Assembly: GCF_001457595.1 (NCBI RefSeq)
Contig: NZ_LN831039.1
Coordinates: 1,620,001-1,652,000, forward strand
Origin: Mycolicibacterium smegmatis
GTDB taxonomy: Bacteria > Actinomycetota > Actinomycetes > Mycobacteriales > Mycobacteriaceae
DNA: 32,000 bases
Direction of reading: 5' to 3'
In this document: one piece after another, positions 23,585-32,000 of the stretch
Layout: every line of letters starts with the position of its first letter
Position numbering within the stretch: the stretch's first letter is position 1
Program-made: the position numbers and the translations under genes
The notes under the pieces: generated by a model
Told to the model about the DNA's origin: nothing
The model's input: the letters and a program-made list of their open reading frames with translations, nothing else
Database searches by the model: none

Positions 23585-24024
23585 GCGTCATCAAGCTGCA
23601 CGACCTGAGGCCGGCTCCCGGAGAGAAGAAGGCCAAGACCCGCGTCGGTCGTGGTGAGGGCTCGAAGGGTAAGACCGCAGGCCGTGGTACCAAGGGCACG
23701 AAGGCCCGCAAGAACGTCCCCGTGATGTTCGAGGGCGGCCAGATGCCGATCCACATGCGGCTCCCGAAGCTCAAGGGCTTCAAGAACCGCTTCCGCACCG
23801 AGTACGAGGTCGTCAACGTCGGCGACATCAACAAGGCCTTCCCGCAGGGTGGCACGGTTGGTGTCGACGAGCTGGTGGCCAAGGGCCTGGTTCGCAAGAA
23901 CAGCCTGGTCAAGGTTCTCGGCGACGGCAAGCTGACCGTCAAGGTCGACGTGACCGCCAACAAGTTCAGCGGTAGCGCCCGCGAGGCGATCACCGCGGCC
24001 GGCGGTTCGGCCACCGAACTCTGA
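23581..24024 (+). CDS. rplO: 50S ribosomal protein L15
   Basis: [35 protein letters not shown]... is canonical L15. GTGA overlap with rpmD. Confidence 0.97.
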
Positions 24025-24048
24025 GTTCGCTGCACAAGCACCAAGGAC

Positions 24049-24086
24049 TGCCCCTTCTCTTCGGAAAGGGGCAGTTCTCTTTTTTC
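24049..24086 (+). terminator. Intrinsic terminator after rplO
   Basis: CTGCCCCTT (24049-24057) pairs with AAGGGGCAG (24067-24075) across a 9-nt loop, followed by TTCTCTTTTTT. It lies between the convergent rplO and the minus-strand LLM gene. Confidence 0.8.
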
Positions 24087-24093
24087 TGGCCAG

Positions 24094-25020
24094 CTAGGCG
24101 AGCTGGGGGATGACCTCGGCGGCGAGGCGCTCCATCTGCTCGCGATCCTCGGCGACGTCGGCACCTGTCGGGTTGAGCAGGACCGTCTGCGCACCGGCTT
24201 CGATCACCTCGCGTAGCCCGCGCACCACCTCGCCGGGTGTGCCCGCGACGGCCACGTCCGCGTAATCGGCCTTCGGCCCGTAGATCCGGCGCAGACCCTC
24301 GGCCACGCGCTCGCGTGCACGTGCGCCGTCGTCGTCGACGATGAGATAGACGCGCTTGCCGATCCGGAAGCTCTGCGGATCCTTGCCCTGCTTGTCGAGT
24401 TCTTCCCGCACGATGCGCACAGCCTCGGCGAAGTGCGCGGTGGTCGACGAGCCGGCACCCAGGAACGCGTCGCCGAGGCGTACGGCCCGCGCGAGCGCCT
24501 TGGGGGCGTTGGCGCCGAACCAGATCGGCGGGTGCGGACGCTGGACGGGCGTCGGTGTGATGGGCAGACCATCCACGTCGCGGAAGCGTCCGTGGAATGT
24601 CACGCGGGGCTCGTCGGACCACGCGGCCTTCATGAGAGCCAGACCCTCGGTGAAGTTGGCGATGAACGTCGACGGGTCGACACCGAACGCGCGGAACTGA
24701 CGCGACCCGCCACCGGGGGCGACACCGACATCCAGCCGCCCGTGGCTCAGCCGATCGACGGCAGTGATCGACGATGCCAGCTGCAGAGGGTCGTGCAGCG
24801 AGGTCACCAGGACCGCGACGCCCAGGCGCAGCCGCGTGGTGACCGCCGCCGCGTACGACAGCAATTCCAGGGGCGCGATGAGCGGCGCGTGGCCGACGGT
24901 CTGCTCCAGGGTCCACCCGCCTTCGAACCCGAGCTCCTCGGCGCGGGTCAGGTAGTTCTTGACGCCGGAGGCGTCGAACCGGCCGGTGTCGAGCTGCGGT
25001 ATCGAGATCGAGAAGGTCAC
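24094..25020 (-). CDS. Luciferase-like monooxygenase (LLM) family oxidoreductase, possibly F420-dependent
   Basis: From ORF 24094..25524. Start placed at GTG 25020 (VTFSISIPQLD...), with GGGACGG upstream; ATG 25062 or 25074 are possible. The TIM-barrel LLM pattern includes FEGGWTLEQ, RLRLGVAVLV, RLDVGVAPGG, PPIWFGANAP and the C-terminal LLNP. The cofactor cannot be read from sequence. Confidence 0.8.
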   Translation of the reverse strand: MTFSISIPQLDTGRFDASGVKNYLTRAEELGFEGGWTLEQTVGHAPLIAPLELLSYAAAVTTRLRLGVAVLVTSLHDPLQLASSITAVDRLSHGRLDVGVAPGGGSRQFRAFGVDPSTFIANFTEGLALMKAAWSDEPRVTFHGRFRDVDGLPITPTPVQRPHPPIWFGANAPKALARAVRLGDAFLGAGSSTTAHFAEAVRIVREELDKQGKDPQSFRIGKRVYLIVDDDGARARERVAEGLRRIYGPKADYADVAVAGTPGEVVRGLREVIEAGAQTVLLNPTGADVAEDREQMERLAAEVIPQLA

Positions 25021-25192
25021 CCGTCCCACGGTACGACGCGATGCTGTGAGTGTGGCACGCATGTGAAAAGTCATGGCAGCGTGTGTGTTCCGGCGGTGGC
25101 ATTCGCGGCTGTGCCGCGAGGCTGTAGTTGCCGTGGTGCGTTCTCGCACTTCTTCACGGCAACCACAGCCTCGGCGTCGGTAGGCTCGGGCC

Positions 25193-26977
25193 ATGTTCGG
25201 TTTTCTCCCAGGAATCCCCGGCCAGGACGACCTGCGGGCGCTGGTGCGCCGCGTCGACACCGCACGGCACAACGGCGTGCCCGACGGCTGTGTGCTCGAA
25301 CTCGACCTCATGTCGATCCCGCCCGAGACCACTGGCTTCGATCCGCTGGCGATGATCGCCGGCGGCGGGCGGCCGCTGGTGCTGCGCCAGGCCGTCGCGG
25401 CGATCCACCGTGCCGCCGAGGACGACCGTGTGGCCGGCCTGATCGCGCGCGTGCAACTGCCCGCGGCCGCGCCTGGGCCCGTGCAGGAGTTGCGGGACGC
25501 GATCGTGGCGTTCGGCGAGAGCAAGCCGACGGTGGCCTGGGCCGAGACCTATCCCGGCACCATGTCCTACTACCTGGCCTCGGCGTTCCGCGAGATCTGG
25601 ATGCAACCGGCCGGATCGGTGGGGCTCGTCGGGTTCGCGACGAACGCGACGTTCCTGCGTGATGCGCTCGACAAAGCCGGCATCGAGGCGCAGTTCATCG
25701 CACGCGGTGAATACAAGTCCGCGGCAAACGTTTTCACCGAGGGCTCCTACACCGAACCCCATCGTGAGGCCGACGCCCGGCTGATCGAGAGCCTGCAGGA
25801 GCAGGTGTGGCAGGGCATCGCGCAGTCGCGCGGTCTCGACCAGGGCACCATCAACACACTCGCCGACCAGGCGCCGTTGTTGCGTGAGGCCGCGGTCACC
25901 GCAGGACTGGTGGACCGCATCGGATTCCGCGACGAGGCCTACAAGCGGATCGGCGAACTCGCCGGTGGACCCGAGAACACCGACGCCGACGACGATGACG
26001 CACCACCGCGACTGTTCCTGTCGCGCTACGCGAAAGCCACCGCACCCAAACCCGCCCCGCAGCTTCCTTCGCTGCCCGGGCGCAAGAGCAAGCCGACGAT
26101 CGCGGTGGTGACCCTGCACGGCGCGATCGTCAGCGGTCGCGGTGGTCCGCAACCGCTGCCGTTCGGCCGCTCCAGCGCCGGGGGCGACACCATCGCCGCG
26201 GCCCTGCGCGAAGCCGCCGCCAACGACGACGTGGCCGCGGTGGTTCTCCGGGTGGACAGTCCGGGAGGATCGGTGACCGGATCGGAAACCGTGTGGCGCG
26301 AGGTCATCCGGACTCGGGACGCGGGCAAACCCGTGGTGGCGTCCATGGGCGCCGTCGCGGCATCAGGCGGATACTACGTGTCGATGGCGGCCGACGAGAT
26401 CGTCGCCAATGCGGGCACGATCACCGGATCAATCGGTGTGCTGACCGGGAAATTCGTGTCGCGCGAGCTGAAAGACAAGCTCGGTGTGGGATCAGATGCG
26501 GTGCGCACCAACGCAAATGCCGATGCGTGGTCGACCAATGCACCGTTCACCGACGAGCAGCACGCACGAGTCGCGGCCGAGGCCGATCTGCTGTACCGCG
26601 ATTTCGTCGAACGCGCGGCCGATGGGCGGAAGTTGCCGATCGAGGAGATGGAATCGCTTGCGCGAGGCCGTGTCTGGACCGGTTCGGACGCCAAGGAGCG
26701 AGGTCTGGTCGACCATCTCGGTGGGCTGCGTGCGGCGGTGACGCGCGCCAAGGTGCTCGCCGGTTTCGACGAGGACGCCGACGCGCGCGTGGTGGCGTAT
26801 CCGGGCTCGTCGTGGTTGGACATGTTGCGGCCCAAGCCGTCTTCGCAACCGGCGGCCGCGTCGCTGCCGGAGGCTCTCGCCGCGTTGCTCGGCAAATCGG
26901 TGATCGGTGTGCTCGATCAGGCGGAACGATCCATGACGGGTGCGAGTGCATTGTGGCTGGGGGAGTACCGCTTCTGA
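25193..26977 (+). CDS. sppA: Signal peptide peptidase SppA, 67K (two S49 domains)
   Basis: 594 aa with two ClpP/S49-like repeats. Motifs include VAGLIARV, the second-domain VAAVVLRVDSPGGSV, MGAVAASGGYYVSMAADEIVANAGTITGSIGV and GRVWTGSDAKERGLVD. Confidence 0.9.
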   Translation: MFGFLPGIPGQDDLRALVRRVDTARHNGVPDGCVLELDLMSIPPETTGFDPLAMIAGGGRPLVLRQAVAAIHRAAEDDRVAGLIARVQLPAAAPGPVQELRDAIVAFGESKPTVAWAETYPGTMSYYLASAFREIWMQPAGSVGLVGFATNATFLRDALDKAGIEAQFIARGEYKSAANVFTEGSYTEPHREADARLIESLQEQVWQGIAQSRGLDQGTINTLADQAPLLREAAVTAGLVDRIGFRDEAYKRIGELAGGPENTDADDDDAPPRLFLSRYAKATAPKPAPQLPSLPGRKSKPTIAVVTLHGAIVSGRGGPQPLPFGRSSAGGDTIAAALREAAANDDVAAVVLRVDSPGGSVTGSETVWREVIRTRDAGKPVVASMGAVAASGGYYVSMAADEIVANAGTITGSIGVLTGKFVSRELKDKLGVGSDAVRTNANADAWSTNAPFTDEQHARVAAEADLLYRDFVERAADGRKLPIEEMESLARGRVWTGSDAKERGLVDHLGGLRAAVTRAKVLAGFDEDADARVVAYPGSSWLDMLRPKPSSQPAAASLPEALAALLGKSVIGVLDQAERSMTGASALWLGEYRF

Positions 26978-27203
26978 TGAGATTTCTGACGAGATCCTGA
27001 GAATTTTCCCGGTACGGTCCACGCGGGAGTGCATCAACGAAGGTGGCACTCCATGTGTAATTTCATCCGTCAAGGGGTAACCTCACCCCCGCACGAGATG
27101 GAAAGCCAACAACTACGGTCTCGTCCTACTGGGCTGATCTTGAATCGGCTTGGCGCCCTGTTATTTACGGGGGCGCAAGGGCGTCAGACACGAGGAGGGG
27201 CCC

Positions 27204-28631
27204 GTGGACTCGAAGGAAACGGACGCGTCGAAGCCTTCACAGGCGGACGCAGGCCAGCAGGCGCCGACGGCGCATGCGGAAGAAGTGAAAGCACCGCCTG
27301 AGGTGGTCAAACGCGCTGTCGCGGCGTCGGCCGTCGGCAACTTCACGGAGTGGTTCGACTACGGCATATACGCCTACGGCGTCAGCTACATCTCCGCCGC
27401 GATCTTCCCAGGTGACGGCAAGAGCGCGACGCTGCTGGCACTGATGACGTTCGCCGTGTCGTTCCTGGTACGGCCTCTCGGTGGCCTCGTGTGGGGGCCG
27501 CTCGGAGACCGCATCGGGCGTAAACAGGTGTTGGCCATCACAATTCTGCTGATGGCGGGCGCCACATTGTGCGTCGGACTCGTGCCGCCGTACGCCACGA
27601 TCGGGGTGGCGGCGCCGATCCTTATGGTCGTGCTGCGCATGATCCAGGGCTTCTCCACCGGCGGCGAATACGGCGGTGCGGCAACCTTCATGGCCGAGTA
27701 CTCACCGTCGCGCCGACGCGGACTCTTCGGCAGTTTCCTCGAATTCGGCACGCTCGCAGGCTTTTCGTTCGGCGCCCTGCTCATGCTGGGCTTTTCCCTG
27801 CTGCTGTCCGACGACCAGATGGGGTCGTGGGGTTGGCGATTGCCGTTCCTGGTGGCCGCACCGCTCGGCCTGATCGGCGTGTACCTGCGCTCGCGGCTCG
27901 AAGACACCCCGATCTACCGCGAGCTGGAAGAGTCCGGCGAGTCCGAGGAGCACCCGACGGGCGAGTTCAAGGCCCTGGTGGTCGACTACTGGAGCCCGAT
28001 CCTGCGACTCGGCGGCCTGGTGGTGGCGCTCAACGTCGTCAACTACACGCTGCTCACGTACATGCCGACCTACCTGGAGAGTGCCATCGGCCTGTCCACC
28101 GATCAGTCGCTGGTGGTGCCGATCATCGGCATGCTGTCGATGATGGTGTTCCTGCCGTTCGCCGGGCGCATCTCGGATCGCGTTGGGCGAAAACCGATGT
28201 GGTGGTTCTCGGTGGTCGGCCTGTTCGTGGCGGGCGTGCCGATGTTCATGCTCATGAGCACCAACCTCGTCGGCGCGATCATCGGTTTCGCGGTGCTGGG
28301 CCTGCTCTACGTACCGCAGTTGGCGACCATTTCCGCCACCTTCCCGGCGATGTTCCCCACGCAGGTGCGTTTCGCGGGATTCGCGATCGCCTACAACGTG
28401 TCGACATCGATATTCGGCGGTACCGCGCCCGCGATCAACGACTGGCTGGTCAACCTCACGGGCGACAACCTGGTGCCGGCCTACTACATGATGGTGGCCT
28501 GTGTCATCGGCGCGATCTCGCTGGTGCGGATGCCCGAGACCGCGCGTTGCCCGATCAACGGCACCGAGATCCCGGGGACACCGGAGGCGCCACCGCAACT
28601 GGATTACAAGGAACCTGCCCACGCATCCTGA
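27204..28631 (+). CDS. MFS transporter, metabolite:H+ symporter (MHS, ProP/KgtP-like) family
   Basis: GTG 27204 follows GAGGAGGGG, within ORF 27150..28631. The MHS signature is GNFTEWFDYGIYAY, with motif A as GPLGDRIGRKQVL and a 12-helix hydrophobicity pattern. Confidence 0.85.
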   Translation: MDSKETDASKPSQADAGQQAPTAHAEEVKAPPEVVKRAVAASAVGNFTEWFDYGIYAYGVSYISAAIFPGDGKSATLLALMTFAVSFLVRPLGGLVWGPLGDRIGRKQVLAITILLMAGATLCVGLVPPYATIGVAAPILMVVLRMIQGFSTGGEYGGAATFMAEYSPSRRRGLFGSFLEFGTLAGFSFGALLMLGFSLLLSDDQMGSWGWRLPFLVAAPLGLIGVYLRSRLEDTPIYRELEESGESEEHPTGEFKALVVDYWSPILRLGGLVVALNVVNYTLLTYMPTYLESAIGLSTDQSLVVPIIGMLSMMVFLPFAGRISDRVGRKPMWWFSVVGLFVAGVPMFMLMSTNLVGAIIGFAVLGLLYVPQLATISATFPAMFPTQVRFAGFAIAYNVSTSIFGGTAPAINDWLVNLTGDNLVPAYYMMVACVIGAISLVRMPETARCPINGTEIPGTPEAPPQLDYKEPAHAS

Positions 28632-28663
28632 ACGAATTTTTCCCGGTGCGCGTTTGATCGGGT

Positions 28664-29314
28664 GTGGCAGTTCACTCGATCATCGGCGACTGGAAGCTCT
28701 GGCTGGGCTTTCTCCTGGTGGCGATACCCGTGTGCCTCTCGCCGGGGGCAGGCGCGATCCAGTCGATGTCGTCGGGTCTGACCCACGGCCTGGTGCGCTC
28801 CTACTGGAGCATCGCAGGTCAGGAACTCGGGCTCATCGCCCAACTGACCGTGGTTGCAGTCGGTTTGGGTGCCGTGGTCGCCGGATCGGCAGCGGCGTTC
28901 GCCGTCATCAAGGTGATCGGGGTGGTGTACCTGCTGTATCTCGCTGTGCGCCAATGGCGTTCGGCGGGAACAGATGTTCGTGACACCGTGGGGCGTCCGG
29001 CGGCGAGAGCCGGCATCCCGTTGCTGGCGCGCGGATTCCTGGTCAACGCCACCAACCCGAAGGCGCTGGTGTTCTACCTGGCAGTCCTGCCGCAGTTCCT
29101 GCAGCCGAAATCCCCGCTACTGCCACAGTATGTGGCGATCGGTGCGACGTTCGTGCTGGTCGACATCGTGGTGATGAGCATGTACGCGGGTCTGGCCGCG
29201 CGCCTGCTCAGCGCGCTGGGCGCGCGGCAGCAGCGAATCCTCAACCGGTCCTTCTCCGGCCTGTTCGCGACCGCGGCGGTGCTTGTCGCACTGGTGCGCC
29301 GCGGCGCGGCCTGA
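28664..29314 (+). CDS. LysE/RhtB-family amino-acid or small-metabolite exporter
   Basis: 216 aa with about 6 helices. The N-terminal LGFLLVAIPVCLSPGAG matches the family's PGP-type motif, and NATNPKALVFYLAVLPQF is a typical LysE/RhtB mid-motif. Confidence 0.8.
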   Translation: MAVHSIIGDWKLWLGFLLVAIPVCLSPGAGAIQSMSSGLTHGLVRSYWSIAGQELGLIAQLTVVAVGLGAVVAGSAAAFAVIKVIGVVYLLYLAVRQWRSAGTDVRDTVGRPAARAGIPLLARGFLVNATNPKALVFYLAVLPQFLQPKSPLLPQYVAIGATFVLVDIVVMSMYAGLAARLLSALGARQQRILNRSFSGLFATAAVLVALVRRGAA

Positions 29315-29318
29315 CAGG

Positions 29319-30230
29319 TCAGCGCAGAGTGCCGCTGATGTAGATGATCTCGCCGAGCGGATCGTCGTCGTCGTGCCCCGGCGCGGGCAGCCCGTACCGG
29401 GTGAACAGCGTCGCGCGGGCGGCACTGTCCATCTGCCAGCCCTTGGTTTCGAGATAGTCTGACGCAGAATGTCTTTCACCGTGGTAGATCAGTGACGGCA
29501 TGTCGATGTCGACGCCCATGCGGGTGAGTGTCTCGGTGGCCTGGCGCGCCTTCTCCGGGTCGAAATCCTTGAGGGCGGGCACGAACTCGGTGGCCACGGT
29601 GCTGCCCGGGGCGCTGAGGTGGTGGATGTCGTCGAACAGTTTGTCCTGCGCCTCGGGCGGCAGATAGATCAACAGACCCTCGGCGCACCAGGCCGTCGGC
29701 GCGGACGGGTCGAATCCGGCGGCCCGCAGTGCGGCCGGCCAGTCGTCGCGCAGATCGATCGACACGGTGCGCCGTTCGCAGGTGGGTTCGGCACCCAGGT
29801 CGGCGAGGGTGCGGGTCTTGAACTCGATGACATCGGGTTGGTCGATCTCGTAGACGACCGTGCCGTCGGGCCACGGCAGCCGGTAGGCGCGTGAATCCAG
29901 ACCGGACGCGAGGATCACCGCCTGCCCGACACCTCGGCCGGTCGCGTCCATGAAGTAGTCGTCGAAGAACTTGGTCCGCACAGCCATCTCGTCGATGTTG
30001 GCGCGCACCCGGGCGGCCGACTCCGGGAGGACCTTTTCGATGTCAAACTTGCCGTCTGCCAGCATCGTCAACGCCTCGATACCGACCGCCCGCACCAGCG
30101 GTGCCGCGAACGGATCGTTGATCAGGCCGTCGGGATCCTGGCTGACGACCGCACGCCCGGCCGCCACCATCGTCGCCGTCGCCCCCACACTCGACGCCAG
30201 ATCCCACGTGTCGTTGTCGCTGCGCACCAT
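29319..30230 (-). CDS. Class I SAM-dependent methyltransferase, mycobacterial LCMT-like/O-methyltransferase family, copy 1
   Basis: Start placed at ATG 30230 ([20 protein letters not shown]), with GAGGA upstream. SAM motif I reads [16 protein letters not shown]. It is paralogous to the next two genes. Confidence 0.85.
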   Translation of the reverse strand: MVRSDNDTWDLASSVGATATMVAAGRAVVSQDPDGLINDPFAAPLVRAVGIEALTMLADGKFDIEKVLPESAARVRANIDEMAVRTKFFDDYFMDATGRGVGQAVILASGLDSRAYRLPWPDGTVVYEIDQPDVIEFKTRTLADLGAEPTCERRTVSIDLRDDWPAALRAAGFDPSAPTAWCAEGLLIYLPPEAQDKLFDDIHHLSAPGSTVATEFVPALKDFDPEKARQATETLTRMGVDIDMPSLIYHGERHSASDYLETKGWQMDSAARATLFTRYGLPAPGHDDDDPLGEIIYISGTLR

Positions 30231-30238
30231 GGACGTCC

Positions 30239-31135
30239 TCACTTCAGATGTGCCGAAAGGTAACCCGAGTCGCCCGAGAGTTCGGCCATCTCCTCGGGGA
30301 GTTCGAAACCATGATCAGCGTAGGCCTCTTTCGACGGCCGCACCGTGACCTGCCAGCCCAGCCCGCGCAGGTAGTCGCCCGCGGTGTTGCGCTCACCGGT
30401 GTAGAAGAGGTCGGCGATGTCCAGCGAGCTGCCCACACGTCGCGACCATTCACCGATTCGCTTGCCGGCACCTTCGGCGAGAATGCGGTGGTCCATGTGC
30501 TCGGTGGCCAGCCTGCTGCCCGGAGCCGACAGCGCGGTGATGTTGTCCAGCAGGCGATCCTGGGCCTCGGCAGGCAGATAGATCAGCAGGCCTTCGGCGA
30601 TCCATGCGGTCGGCTCGGCCGGATCGAATCCGGCGTCGCGCAGGGCCGCGGGCCAGTCGTCACGAAGATCGACGGCCACCGTGCGGCGTTCTGCGGTGGG
30701 CTGGGCGCCCAGATCGGCCAGGGTGCGGGTCTTGAACTCGATCACCTGCGGTTGGTCGACCTCGAACAACACGGTCCCGGCGGGCCAGTCCAGCCGGTAG
30801 GCGCGGGTGTCCAGACCCGAGGCCAGGATCACGGCCTGGCGTACCCCGTCGGCACCGGCGGCGATGAAGAGCTCGTCGAAATACCGTGTGCGCACGGCGA
30901 TCTGCTCGCACATCCGGTTCAGGTCGAGCATCGGGTCGCCCTCGACGCATGTCTCGCCGTCGGCGAGTGCGATGCAGTGCTCGAGGCCGACGGCCTTGAC
31001 GAGCGCGTCGGCGTACGGGTCGTCGATCAGTGGGTCGGGCTGTTTGGTCGCAAGCGCCCGCATCGCCGCGACGCCGGTCGCGGTGGACCCGACGCTGGTC
31101 GCCAGATCCCAGGTGTCGCCGTCGGTTCGTGTCAT
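30239..31135 (-). CDS. Class I SAM-dependent methyltransferase, same family, copy 2
   Basis: Start placed at ATG 31135 ([20 protein letters not shown]), with AGGAG 6 nt upstream. Contains [19 protein letters not shown] at 30239-30241 lies 8 nt before the copy 1 start. Confidence 0.85.
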   Translation of the reverse strand: MTRTDGDTWDLATSVGSTATGVAAMRALATKQPDPLIDDPYADALVKAVGLEHCIALADGETCVEGDPMLDLNRMCEQIAVRTRYFDELFIAAGADGVRQAVILASGLDTRAYRLDWPAGTVLFEVDQPQVIEFKTRTLADLGAQPTAERRTVAVDLRDDWPAALRDAGFDPAEPTAWIAEGLLIYLPAEAQDRLLDNITALSAPGSRLATEHMDHRILAEGAGKRIGEWSRRVGSSLDIADLFYTGERNTAGDYLRGLGWQVTVRPSKEAYADHGFELPEEMAELSGDSGYLSAHLK

Positions 31136-31144
31136 CGTCAACTC

Positions 31145-32000
31145 CTAACTGCGTGTCGCGGTGATGGCCACCGACTGCCGCATCGCAGCGTTGTCGTCAC
31201 CGGTGAGCGTGAGGTCGGGGAAGGTGCGGCCATATGCGGCGAACACCTCGGGTCGGGGGCGGGTGCTGACCTGCCAGCCGTGGCCGGCGAGATATTCGTC
31301 GGCGGCGTTGCGGTCGCCGCCGTACCAGAGGTCGGACAGGTCGACGTCGAATCCGTGGTCGCGCCACCGCTCGCTCATCGCCTGCCCGCGGCCACGCAGG
31401 GTCGAGGTGATGTCGGGGTGGTACTCGGTGGCCAATCGGCTACCGCGCGCGGACAGCGCGGTGATGTTGTCGAACAAGCGGTCCTGCGCCTCGGGCGGCA
31501 GGTAGACCAGAAGGCCCTCGGCGATCCACGCCGTCGGCGTCGCCGCGTCGAAGCCTGCGGCGTGCAGCGCGGCGGGCCAGTCGTCACGCAGATCCACCGC
31601 GACCGTGCGGCGCTCGGCGGTCGGTGACGCGCCGATCTCGGCCATGGCCGCGGTCTTCGCCTCGATGACGCGAGGTTGGTCGATCTCGTAGACGACGGTG
31701 CCCGCAGGCCAGCCCAGCCGGTAGGCCCGCGAATCGAGCCCCGCGGCGAGGATCACCGCCTGCCGGATGCCCGCGCCTGCCGCGTCGCAGAAGAAGTCGT
31801 CGAAGAACCGTGTCCGCACGGCCATCATCGAGACCATCAACCCGGCGGCGGCCGCGTCGTCGCCGTCCAGTGCGATGTCCCCGTCGACCAACTTGGTGAA
31901 GAACTCCAGGCCGACCTTGCGCACCAGATCGGCGGCGTAGGGATCGTCGATCAGCGCGTTGGGTTCGGTGCTGGCGATCGCGCGGGCGGCGGCCACCATG
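31145..32000 (-). CDS. Class I SAM-dependent methyltransferase, same family, copy 3 (5-prime end outside the window)
   Basis: Contains [16 protein letters not shown] and [30 protein letters not shown]. The reading frame runs to the window edge, so about 25 N-terminal residues are missing. TAG at 31145-31147. Confidence 0.85.
   Translation of the reverse strand, partial: MVAAARAIASTEPNALIDDPYAADLVRKVGLEFFTKLVDGDIALDGDDAAAAGLMVSMMAVRTRFFDDFFCDAAGAGIRQAVILAAGLDSRAYRLGWPAGTVVYEIDQPRVIEAKTAAMAEIGASPTAERRTVAVDLRDDWPAALHAAGFDAATPTAWIAEGLLVYLPPEAQDRLFDNITALSARGSRLATEYHPDITSTLRGRGQAMSERWRDHGFDVDLSDLWYGGDRNAADEYLAGHGWQVSTRPRPEVFAAYGRTFPDLTLTGDDNAAMRQSVAITATRS

Noticed and set aside
25021-25524. N-terminal 150-plus aa extension of the LLM ORF (24094..25524)
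   Set aside because: The extension overlaps the sppA start region in antisense and is Arg/Ser-rich. The LLM-like sequence only begins at VTFSISIPQ, which has a nearby GGGACGG RBS.
30248-31627. 459-aa plus-strand ORF
   Set aside because: It is antisense to the three methyltransferase paralogues, whose SAM-binding motifs and inter-copy conservation support the minus strand.
1-32000. Search for CRISPR arrays, IS elements or transposases, integrases, prophage genes, toxin-antitoxin pairs, known defence systems, tRNA and rRNA
   Set aside because: I saw no regularly spaced repeats, no transposase or integrase-like ORFs, no small paired ORFs and no cloverleaf-like or rRNA-like segments. The accessory island looks metabolic rather than mobile or defensive.

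Overview
High-GC actinobacterial chromosome. Gene content and order look like Mycobacterium/Mycolicibacterium (M. smegmatis-like); this assignment comes from my memory of synteny, not from a search. Left flank (1-4431): a frameshifted MPT83-like fasciclin lipoprotein gene, then an arylsulfatase (AtsA-like) with its formylglycine-generating enzyme. Centre (4455-19636): an accessory block of about 15 kb sitting where M. tuberculosis, as I recall, has a single small membrane-protein gene. It holds two paralogous permeases in opposite orientation, an MFS transporter and a PucR-type regulator. It also encodes a GlcG/DUF336 protein, a PqqC/CADD-like haem-oxygenase-fold protein with a complete diiron ligand pattern, two small Rieske ferredoxins and an FAD ferredoxin reductase. 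An aldehyde dehydrogenase, a GGT-family Ntn hydrolase, a RidA-family protein and an amidase-signature enzyme complete the block. An exact TGTGC-N3-TTGAC box precedes four plus-strand transcription units of this block and was seen nowhere else in my by-eye scan. I therefore read the block as one regulon, and as a candidate undescribed multicomponent diiron oxygenase plus hydrolase pathway with an unknown substrate. Right flank (19656-32000): the spc ribosomal operon (rplN rplX rplE rpsN rpsH rplF rplR rpsE rpmD rplO) with a terminator, then a luciferase-like oxidoreductase, SppA, an MHS-type MFS transporter and a LysE-family exporter. It ends with three tandem paralogous SAM-dependent methyltransferases, the last running off the window. 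I saw no rRNA, tRNA, CRISPR array, IS element or phage gene. Many long ORFs in the six-frame track are antisense shadow ORFs typical of high-GC DNA and were rejected.
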